This document shows positions 9,973 through 21,000 of a stretch of DNA of 64,000 nt, one piece after another. The translations under genes and the position numbers were made by a program. A model generated the notes under the pieces. It was given only the letters and a program-made list of their open reading frames with translations. It made no database searches and was not told where the DNA came from. The DNA comes from Antedon mediterranea. Its lineage: Eukaryota > Animalia > Echinodermata. The stretch covers positions 20,460,001 through 20,524,000 of the forward strand of contig NC_092674.1 of the NCBI RefSeq assembly GCF_964355755.1. Direction: 5' to 3'. Numbering within the stretch: the stretch's first letter is position 1; each line of letters begins with the position of its first letter.

Positions 9973-11275
9973 ATCCCAACCAACGGGCTCGCATTTTCCC
10001 TATTTCTAGCTTGCAAATAAATATTATTAAATTAAATAATATTAGATGGTACATGAGCGAAGCGAGCGTACCATTTAGGTCATGCCCACAGATGGACGTA
10101 TATCTCGAATACACAGTAATTTCAGCGTAAAAAAACTGGCGATGTCAAATGTGTACCACACGACTATAATACATAATTGTCATTGATTGAATAAATAGAC
10201 ACAATTATTTATGCAGTCAACTAATAGCACCCTGGGAATTACTTCCAAAAGAGAAACCCCATTTTTTATTTTTGGACTCATTTAAACAAATCCAATTTGT
10301 GTTTTGTTCATAACATAAACGTTGAGGGAAGGTATAAAGAGGAACCATTTTAAAATATATTCTTTATCCACTCAGCAACGAAATATTGTTTTCATGTTTT
10401 ATAGGCCTATAAATAATATACCACTAAATACAGTAAAACATTTGCGATTTAATACTTTGTTAACTGTCACTGTCATAGTCGATTGAAATAGTAAAGTACA
10501 TATTGTGACGATACACCACTACGACGTTTATATTTTTGGTAATGATTAATTAGCACAAACGTTGAGAAACAATAAATAATATAGTTTATTTGTATATTAT
10601 GTGTTTATAATCTAACAGTGGGGCCTCCAACACTCACAGTAATACAGTTTATATGTTTATAATATATCTAACAGATACTACCAACACTCACAGTAAGAAA
10701 TTTGCGATTCAAAAGGCAACCACAGTATTGTATGGTAGTATTGCAATACTATATCTTAAGGTTTTAAGTTTATTCCCATAAATGTACATACTTGTGTTAA
10801 ACCATGGAGGTATACTCAATGGTTAAACCAAATAATTAGGAATGTACTTCCATTTATCGCAAATCAATACATTTGTATAAACGAATATTAAATCTATCAA
10901 AATAGTATTTTTTAAAGAAAATCGGCCTGTCTTTAATATTACGATGCTGTACTCGAGCTGTTCAACCGGTTTTCATCCATTAAAAACAATTATCGTAGGA
11001 GATAGATAGATAGGAAAATGCGAAGCATCCAGCTCGTAGGCATATTGATGAAGAATTGTTAGATTAGTTAGTACGTACGTTTGTTGACGGCTGTTGTACG
11101 ACGACGGAGGTTCGTGGGAAATTATCATTTTTGTTGACTTGGGTATGAGTGGGTCACTCAAACCTTAGAAAGTATTGCTCCTACTATATACCCGGAATAT
11201 GCATGTTATGTTTTTTGTTCTATACACAGTAGGCCACGGACTTGAAAAAGGTTCATTATTATTATTATTTACAAG

Positions 11276-12079
11276 TTGGAATGCAAAGCATATAAAGATA
11301 TGCTAGATCTAGCAAAATGCAATTATCATCGCAATGAAATCGCTAATGCGGATGACAAGAACCTTTTCCGCATCATAAGTAAACTGTACTCGGTCGATTC
11401 TTCTCCTGTTCTGCCAAAACACACATCTTCAATGGATCTCGCAAACCAGTTTGGCTGTTTCTTTAATGAAAAGATTCTGAAAATTTGCAAGAAACTTAAC
11501 TCCATAAACACTCCACTAATAACTGTCAACGTCGACGAGTCATGTAATAGTAGTTTCGCTGAATTTGAGCAAATATCAGAAGATACGGTACGCAAAGTCA
11601 TCGCTGAAAGCGCATCTAAGTCCAGTAGACTTGACCCAATTCCAACACGGTTACTAAAAAACTGCATTGACGCTCTACTACCGCATATCACTAAAATCGT
11701 CAACATGTCGCTGTCATCAGGTACTGTACCATCTGCATTTAAATTGTCCCTCGTTATGCCACTGTTGAAAAAGCAAAATCTCGACTCCAACGTCCTACAA
11801 AATTATAGACCAATAGCAAATCTTCCCTTCCTTTTTAAAGTCTTGGAAAGAATTGCAACTGCTCAGATAAAAGCATATATGGATGAACATTTCCTGTTTT
11901 CAAAAGTCCAATCAGCCTACCGCCGCTTCCACTCAACTGAAACCGCTTTATTACGTGTTACAAACGATCTACTACTTGCTTTAGACAAAGGTAATGAAGC
12001 GGTACTTATTCTACTCGACTACTCCGCAGCATTTGACACTATCAATCATGATTTATTATTTCAACGTCTTCATAAAAGA
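11276..12079 (+). pseudogene. LINE ORF2 reverse transcriptase, 5' part
   Basis: ORF 11276-12220 is RT up to ..LFQRLHKR; the remaining residues are read into the hAT TIR. Confidence 0.9.
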
Positions 12080-12922
12080 CAGGGGTGGCGCCAGGATCTT
12101 CCCGACGCGGGGGCTACATTCCCCGACGAGGGGGCTATGCGAGCGAAGCGAGCATCACTAGGCTGGGGGCCAGGGGGCCGCCAAGGGCCCCCGGAAGCAA
12201 CGCGTTCTAGCGTCATTTGAGGTCATTTTAATCAGATTTAGGGTAGCCATTTTTTCCACATTTTATAATGCATAAATAAAATACTGCGTGCAAAAAAACG
12301 ATGCGCGATGACTGTTTCAATCCACATTTTTCAATTTAAAAAATAAAAGTTCAAAGAAAATTTAGAAAAATAGAGTTGGAGGTCCCGGAAATTGGACTTA
12401 TTATACTTCAAAACATGAAACAAAATATATAAGTCCCTATCATGGTTGTGACTGAGCTAAGAAATGTTTGAAAAATAGAGATGTTAGGTCCCGGAAAATG
12501 CACTTCTTGTACTTGTACGAAATATGACCAGCTTTATTATTGGGGCTGAGCTAAGAAACTGTTTAAAACTAGAGCTGCAGGTCTTCAAAAAATTGCATTT
12601 TATACTTTGGAAACATCAGGCCTAGAGGCTTAAAAAAGCAAGCGTAGACCTTTTTCAGTCGGGGAAATAAATTTATTCCTCCCAAGTGTATGCGTGCGTA
12701 CCACCATCTGGACTTCCGAGTGGTGAGAAATTCATGACATACATGACATTGAAAATGTAATAACTTAGCTATAATAAGATGTTGGCTAAGCGAAAATGGC
12801 ATGTTTTTTTGTTTAGTAATGGATGAAAAATTTATTTTAGGTGCCCCACGGTAGAGAAGGTTGCTTGTAAATTAAAAAATTGGTGAACATACGAACAATT
12901 AACATAATTCGTTTTTGCTGTA

Positions 12923-15253
12923 CACACTAAAAAAAAAAGGTGCAAATCTCTACCTAAAAAGGTGCAAACCGATGCAACAATAGCAGCTCCCTTTAAGGTG
13001 CACAACTGCACCTTTGACGGAAGGTGCAATTTTGAACCCTGATAAAGGGTGCTATAATGCTCCTTTGGAGTTCACATTTGCACCATATAAGGTGTAATTT
13101 TCTACCCTAAAAGGTGCAAACTAAATGCAACAATAGCAGCTCCCCAAAGGAGCAAAATTCAACCTCTAAATAAAGGTGCAACTTTACACCCTAATAAAAG
13201 GTTCAATAATGCTCCTCTAAGATTCAAATTTCTGTTAAAAAGGTGCACAAATAAAAATCACTAAAATACAAAAAATATTGATTAAGCTTTGTATAATTTT
13301 ATTCAACTTTAAAACATTACATTATTCAATTCAACTGCTGAATTAATGGATGGCAATTACCAGTCTCTGCACCTTAAATAGAGTGTGGCCATCTCTTCTC
13401 AAACCAACAATAGGCCTATTGTTAAAATTATCTAATGATGACATCTTTGGCAGTATTCTCTTCTTATCCCCATATATCTGAAACAGTGTTCTTGATGTCT
13501 GGTTCACCTTTTCCGAACATTTTCACCTGATTATGTACTTTCCTAAAAAGCATGAAATAGGAAGGGAAACTATTATATATTATCATTAATATGACAACAT
13601 CATACAATACATTATTGACATTGTTCTGATTTTTAAAGTCAAATTACCTTGACCACATGCTTTACATACTTTAAAGTATGTTCCTCTCCCTTTCCTCAGC
13701 TCGTAGTATAGTAGGCCCTATATACTAGAGTATTACAGTACATGTGGTCACATTTCTTTCTCCTTTTCTGAACATCTTTATTGCTGCTGATTAGAGCAGA
13801 GGTGCTCTTTCATGTTTTAAACTTATTTTATCCCTCCATGACATCATGTAGGCTGTAACTATAATTAAAAATAATGATAATGTGTATAAGAATTTAATAT
13901 AGGCCTAGGCCTAATAATACCCAGCTACTGTAATAACTAATATTAATAACTAGGCCCCTGGCCTGCCTAGCTAGGCCTATTATTAATTATAGGCCTAGCC
14001 GGCTAGCTAGGCCTAGGTAGGACTGCTTTTAATAAGTTTAAGGTCTAGGCCTACCTAGGCCTAGTAACCTTTTAGGCATAGCTAGCCTATTTATGCCTAA
14101 CCTACTAGCTAGACCCAGGTAAGTAGGCTAGGCCTGGTCTAGGACTATCCCCCACCCGAAAGGCTACTGTAGGCTAAGTAGGCCTCTAGACTGCCTACTT
14201 TAGGCTTAACCTAGCCTAGGCCTAATAGAGGCCGCCTAGATAGGTAGGAGGCCTCTAGCTAGCCATATTTATTTATTTATTTAGCTATCATTTTTAAGTT
14301 TTAGGCCTAGCCTAGGCTTATAGGCCTATACAATAATTAATCTAATAAAAACAACCAAACTACATGCCTATATAAAGCTTCGTTACTTACTTTTAACAGC
14401 TATCCTACACTGGAGAGGTGTGGGAGCTAGGCCTAGTTTAATTTTATAGCCTGATTTTTTGGGCGCAAACTCCTCAATTCAAACTGCATGTTTAACAACC
14501 GCACGCGCTTAAAATTATTGTTCAATTCCTGTTTCAAATAAATTTAGAACAGATGCCTACATTATGATATTAGATATTCTAATAATATTGTTAAATATGA
14601 AAGAAAAGTTTACTTATTCTAGACTTAAGCAAACCAGAGTAAATAACCTCTGAAATTCAATATTTTAACAATTGTTTACAGACATCTTGCGTGCGCATAC
14701 GGTACGAAAATTGTACAAAAATTGTACAAAAAGGTGCTATTATGCACCTTTTAACTGATGTTAAACCTTATAGGGTGCCCAGTTGAACCTTTGAATTTAT
14801 CATGTTAAAGGTATTAAACTTTAATTTTCAGTTACAAGCCAGCGACTTTCTAATGTTCCGTAAAAAAAAGATTTGTTCGAATTCCGATAGCTGTCCCCAC
14901 AAACCTATCTATATTATTATTAATCTTTCTTATTTTTGTTTTAACTTACCACAATAATGTCATTCTAAAAAAATTGTCCTTATTATCACCTTTTAAGCTT
15001 TTAGAAGCCCTAAGTTAAACATATCAAGAAGCGTTCATTAATCTAATAGGTCTTATTTGTCACACAGTCACCATGGCCTACTTGGGCCTTTGCGGTGCAG
15101 TTCTGCACCTTTTTATACTTGTCTGCATTTTGCGATATAAAAGGTGCAAAAATAAACCTTTTATGAACTCTGCACCATTTTATGAGAAAAAGGCGCAAAT
15201 TAGCACCCTTTTATAGGTTTGCACCTTTTATTGCACCTTTAGTTTTAAGTGTG
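12923..15253. mobile_element. Non-autonomous CACTA/EnSpm-like element nested in the hAT
   Basis: Termini CACACTAAAAAAAAAAGGTGCAA / TTGCACCTTTAGTTTTAAGTGTG flanked by TA. Many AAAGGTGCA subterminal motifs occur in both orientations (12935-13250, 14730-15240). Confidence 0.75.
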
Positions 15254-15299
15254 TAGTGTAGCGTACGTCGACGCAGTACACGACGTAACCGTCAGTAAA

Positions 15300-15915
15300 C
15301 TTCGCCTGGAAAATAACTACAGTACACATTTTTGGTCCCTGGATGGAACATGATATCACGCGTCTCGACCCAACGTTGAACGATTCGTACAAAGGGATAC
15401 CGCCAGACAAGTGCGAACCTAGCTATTGTTTAGTAGTAAGTTAGATCGCTGGCAATAATGGATGCATAGAAAATGCATAATATCACTCTGACGTACTCTC
15501 ACAGTCAATGAAACGTCGCGGTTTTCTAGGCGCTGAAGCTAGCTACGAAGTAAACGCGAACGCTTTTTACTGTATATTATATTCCCCGACAAAAAGTACC
15601 CGTGTTCCCTTCGGTAACCTTCGCCTGGAAAATAACTACATTACACACTTTGGTCCCTGGATGGAACTTGATATCACGCGTCTCGACCCAACGTTGAACG
15701 ATTCGTACAAAGGGATACCGCCAGACAAGTGCGAACTAACTATTGTTTAGTAGTAAGTTAGATCGCTGGCAATAATGAATGCATAATATCACTCTGACGT
15801 ACTCTCACGGTCAATCAAACGTCGCGGTTTTCTAGGCGCTGAAGCTAGCTACGAAGTGAACGCGAACGCTTTTTACTGTATATTATATTCCCCGACAAAA
15901 AGTACCCGTGTTCCC
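15300..15915 (+). repeat. Tandem duplication, two ~310-bp units, inside the hAT
   Basis: CTTCGCCTGGAAAATAACTACA..AAGTACCCGTGTTCCC at 15300-15609 and 15619-15915. Confidence 0.92.
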
Positions 15916-15993
15916 CGACGGGGGGGCTAGGCTCCCCGACGAGGGGGCTAGAGCCCCCTTAGCCCCCCCGCTGGCGCCACCACTGATAAAAGA

Positions 15994-17040
15994 TACGGCA
16001 TAAGCGGAACCGCATTGAAATGGTTTATTTCATATTTTGAGAATCGTAGACAAGCAATCATTGTGGGTGATTCGATGTCTGATGAGTTCGCTCTACCCTG
16101 GGGTGTACCACAGGGATCCGTAAAAGGTCCACTCGATTTCATCTTATACACTGGACCACTCAGCAACATCATTGATTCCCACCCGGAAGTTCGTCCTATG
16201 ATCTATGCAGATGACACTCAACTATATTTAATCATGAAACCTACACATCACTCTGAATCTGTTAACAGCCTTGAATCATGCATTGCAGATGTTCGGTCAT
16301 GGGCCATTCAAAATAAACTCATGCTCAACGACTCCAAGACTGAAATGATCCATTTTCATTCAAAGTTCCGTGAGGCATCATCATTTCCTTTGGTCCATAT
16401 CGGAGATACTAGTGTCTCTACCTCCAGCTCAGCCAGAAATCTAGGCGTCCAACTAGACAACAGCCTCGGTTTAAAAGAACACATTCGTAATGTTTGCCGT
16501 GGTGCTTCCTTTGGAATTTACCAGATCGGCCAGATTCGTAAGTACCTTGACAAAACATCAACTGAACGTCTTGTTCATGCTTTTGTTTCATCTCGTCTGG
16601 ACTGTAATAACTCGCTTCTGTACGGCCTACCAACTTCTTATCTGTCTCCTCTTCAACGAATCCAAAATTCCGCCGCAAGACTTATCACTGGCACTAAACG
16701 ACATGAACATATTTCTCCCGTTTTACGTGACTTACACTGGTTGCCTGTTGATCAGCGCATTCGTTTTAAAATCCTGTTGCTGACATATAAGGTCATCAAC
16801 GGATGTGCTCCAGCCTACATATGTGACATCATTACTCCGTCAACCAACTCTTCGCTTCGTTCATCCAGCAGACTTCTTCTAAAACCTGGACCCCGTTCCA
16901 GAACTCGGTTTTAAGGTGATCGTGCTTTCGCTGTCGCAGCCCCAAAACTCTGGAACACTCTACCACTCGAAATACGCTCATCAAAATCTGTTTTCACATT
17001 TAAAACTAAACTCAAAACTCATCTCTTCAGAGAAGCATAA
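15994..17040 (+). pseudogene. LINE ORF2 reverse transcriptase, 3' part
   Basis: YGISGTALKWFISYF continues the 5' part; contains the YADD motif and one internal stop at 16912. Confidence 0.9.
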
Positions 17041-17744
17041 TCGCACGCTACTACTTGCACTGATCTTGGAAAACACAGCGCTTTGAAACCTTTGTCTCTT
17101 GCGCTTTATAAATGTTATTTATTATTATTATTATTATTTGATTGATTAATTGATTGATAAGCTTAAACTACAGATTGAAAACTAAATTAAATCCGAATTT
17201 ACACAATCTCAAAACATTTATGTTATATAAAGTATTTAATATACCCGTTTATAGTTAGTTTTACCTCACAACATGTTTACTACAGTGATTTTTTTTACAA
17301 AAATAATTTATTATAAATCATTATTAAATAGAATAGCCTTTCTTATAAAAAAGCCACTCGACGGATCGGACGAAATAATTTTAAGAATTGTTCTTCTTGC
17401 TTTCCATATTATATTCATATAAAGTAAAAACAATTATTTTAATTTTTTTTTCCAATAATTTCTGCTTTTTTTTTTGTTTTTTTTTTTTTGATGGGATTTT
17501 AGGCCTACTGCTGATGCAAAAATGCACAATCTGACGACGATAAATAAAAAATGACCAAAGAGGATCGGACGGAAGGACTGTCGTTTTGGACTCGACCAAT
17601 ATTCAATGACTAATCTGACAGAGACTTATTATAATTCCGGCCTAGAGGTTAACAGCCAAAACGAAGTCATTGCATATGCATATCTCTACTCATTTTTTAT
17701 CAGCAAATGTTTTCATAGACTCTCTTTTCCCAGACGTGCCCTGG

Positions 17745-17980
17745 GGTGTGCGCATGCCCAGTCCGAATTTACCTATTTTTGTACAACTTTAAACTATAAT
17801 ATGCCTATAATGCACGGCTAATGCCTAAAGGAGCGACACGAAAAGCATCATATAAAACAATGTCAACTCTTTTTTCATCAACAAGAAATCGAGAGGGCTA
17901 AACTCACTCAGCGAGGTGTTTCGAGACCATCTTCATTGTTTTGTGAAGGCAATTTGTATCTAAACATCAGCCATTTTACG
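17745..17980 (+). promoter_or_regulatory. WDR44 proximal promoter region (NRF1-like and YY1-like motifs)
   Basis: TGCGCATGCCCA at ~17749 and CAGCCATTTT at ~17968, 70-300 bp upstream of the ATG. Motif match only. Confidence 0.4.
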
Positions 17981-18044
17981 CCGATGATGTTGTGAAAGTG
18001 AAATCATGATGGCCCTTTTCATGCAATAGATATACAACGCTGGT

Positions 18045-21000
18045 ATGTCTTCAGAAAGTGACTCAGAAGAATTCTTTGATGCTACTGAAGATGTCGGGGT
18101 TACAAGTCCAGGAAGGTATTACTATTTAAAAGTGTAATTGAAACTGGCTAGCTAGGCTAGGCTGACCTCACCCACTTTATACGGTTGATTGTTGTCATTG
18201 TCAAATGTCAGCAGCGCGCAGTAGCCTGCCTTTGTCCCCTTCTCTCCGCTTAAGTGGACTGGAAAGGGCCTAGCAGCGTAAAATATATTTTTAGTAGCTT
18301 TTGTAAACTTTGCAGATTTTAGTTTGATGACATGGTCATGGGTGTATTGTATTTTAGCCTCTCTTGGTAGGCACTCTAATCTGACAGAAGCATTACTTAC
18401 AACAACAATAGGCCTAGGCCTAGCTAGCTAGTAGGCTAGGCCTAGCCTACATTAAAATTAATGATATTGATAATAAATAAATATAATAATGGGCCTAGGC
18501 CTATATTATTAAATAATAGGCCTACTGCTACTATCTAGTAGGCTATACGGTATTTATTATCAATATGCCTAGCCTAGCTAGCCTACTATGCCTATTATTA
18601 TAATATTCGTAACTGTACTTTGTTAACTTTTTTAAAATGTTGAAAAAAGACTGGGTCGTGCTAATCTTGACCCGGTAGGCCCATTATCGATGATATAAAA
18701 TGTTAAAAAACTGCTAACTAAGATAATTTAATGCTATTGTGATATTGAATTATTTTAATTGTACATTTCATTAGAGATGGTTTTACACACGAATGAAAAG
18801 TTTTAACAATATTTTAAATGATTTTAACTTGTACTGTATCTGGAAAGAAAAATATATACGACTAAAGCATCTTTAAGATGTACTTGACATCAATTTATAT
18901 GAAATAACCCTATAGTACCAGGCAATTCCAGGCCCCTACTTGGCGATACCGAGCCCTAGAGGGCGTACCGGGCGAAGATTAAGTATGACTGAAAAGACCT
19001 CTCACGATTCTACTACACTACAGTTCTAACTTACTACGTCTACAATACCCTTAGCCCTAACCTACATACTGAAACCTCTTTTTCAATTAAAAAGTAAATA
19101 CATTTTGTTTTACATTACACTGAAAAGGAGAAGCAAAGAAACCATACCAGTTAAAGAAATCAAGGCCCCTCCTATAGTTGATGCCTACAAACATGAAATT
19201 CAACAACTAGAAAAGGAACGTATTGAAGCTGCCATAAAACGAAGAGAGGAGGATGAAAAGCGAAAACATGAAGATGAAGAAATGCAACGGAAATTAAATG
19301 AACTAGCTGATAAAAAAAGAAAAGAAGAGAAGGTTTAATTAAAATTATTTTAATTATAATGTATTATTTACAAGAAGCCTATTTTGTAATCAATAATAAT
19401 ATTGTCTGAAAATGAAACCCTTCTGTTACTATTGCATTATGACAAGAGAATTAATAATGTAGATGAAATAGTGTAGTTACTATATACAATGTAATTCATT
19501 TGAAAAAAAAAATAGATTAGATTGGTTCAATTATTTAGGACAGAAAAAAATAATAATCATCATAATAATTTGCTAATAATTTACCAATGAATTCAGAATC
19601 AGTGGATGGTTCAGACTTTGTTATTTTCTGAGGTCTTCTAATTTTAAAGTATTATTCTATCCATAACTGCACAAGAAATGCATGGTGACCATACAACTTA
19701 GGTTGATTGATTGATTGCAGTTTATTTTAAAGATTATAAAAATTTTGCATTTGAAATTAATTTTTTTTTAAATTCTTTTAGAAATTATTGGAGGAACAGA
19801 TATTGCGATTGAAAGAAGATGAACGAAGGCAGAAAGAGGAAGAAGAATGGAAAAAACAAAAACAGGTACGATTTTAAACTCCTAACAATACCACAGTTAT
19901 TATGATTTTTACCAATATTATAATTAATAATCGCTCCTCGATTAAACAAGGCCAACAGCCATTAAGTCGCATGCTACAATGCATAGTGATACCGGACCGA
20001 CAGACAGACCGACAGACAGACCGACCGACCGACATAGTGAACTATACTGACCGAAATTACTAAACATGTTTAAAAATGTTGAAATGTTTAAAAACATTTA
20101 TATTTTTTAAATTTACACGTGCGTAGCCTGTCACTTTTGACGTGCTTGTATAACGTAATTTCGAGTTGAAAAGTAAGTCAAGAAAACAGAAATCGGGCAA
20201 AAAGAGTGCGCAATAACATTTAACGCGTAGTGCGCGCGCAAAAATATGCGCACTCATGGCAATTTTGTAAACGCTTAAAATTGCCTGAAATGTACTCTTA
20301 TTTCATCGAAAATAAATTTTGAAAATTTTAAGCGCGCGTACGCATGCGTTACGGTAATTGTATTGCCATATGATGATTTATGCCCTGAAATTTATGAGTA
20401 CCAAATTTTATTTAATTGTGATTCATGGTTGTGAAGATATGATTACAAACGTGATTTCGTTAAATCATGCGTAGACCGCGTAATTTTTTATTGCGCACCG
20501 TGAAAACATAACCACATCGATTCCTGGCCATAAGGAATATACTGTGAAAAATTGACCTAGCTAGATTAAACTGATATCAAGATAAGGTCAGAAAGCGATA
20601 AAACGCATAGTGATACCGGACCGACAGACCGACAGACCGACCAACCGACATAGTGAACTATAGAGTCGCTTCCACGCGACTAAAAATTATGAAAACTAAA
20701 TGATATACTTTGACAATACAGGAAGCCGAAAAACGAAGAATTGAGGCAGAAAAACGTAGGAAAAAACTTGAAGAACGACGGAGAAAAGAAGAAAGTGGAT
20801 TGGATGAAGATAGTGACTCTGAAAGCCAACAACCTGTTGCTGATGAAACTCGAGCACCAGTTGAAATACCTGCCAATGATGAACCTAGTGATGCAGAACC
20901 AGAGGTAGAACAACATAAAACCAGCACCATTCCAGATGTTGTTGCCAGTACAACGGGACGACCGGCAGTTTTGCCACTGGATTCTGCTGCACAGGAGATG

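Larger units (their letters stand above)
12080..15985. mobile_element. Non-autonomous hAT transposon
   Basis: TIRs CAGGGGTGGCGCCAG / CTGGCGCCACCACTG with a perfect 8-bp TSD ATAAAAGA (12072-12079, 15986-15993). Subterminal CCCGACG.GGGGGCTA motifs occur at both ends. No transposase ORF. Confidence 0.92.
11275..17137 (+). mobile_element. 5'-truncated L2/CR1-group LINE, split by a hAT insertion
   Basis: RT motifs NYRPIANLPFLFKVLE, QSAYRRFHSTETALL and LLDYSAAFDTINH (11276-12079) resume after 15993 with GVPQGSVKGP and YADDTQ. There is a premature TAA at 16912, then WNTLP..FKTKLKTHLF (end 17040), and a 3' GCGCTTTATAAAT + (TTA)n tail. Confidence 0.92.

Noticed and set aside
10605-10700. Short tandem duplication (~55 bp x2)
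   Set aside because: Ordinary local slippage with no further structure.
12080-12220. C-terminal extension of ORF 11276-12220 (QGWRQDLPDAG..)
   Set aside because: This is read-through into the hAT TIR, not part of the RT.
15228-15750. ORFs 15228-15410 and 15508-15750
   Set aside because: They lie in the tandem duplication inside a non-autonomous hAT and have no recognisable domain.
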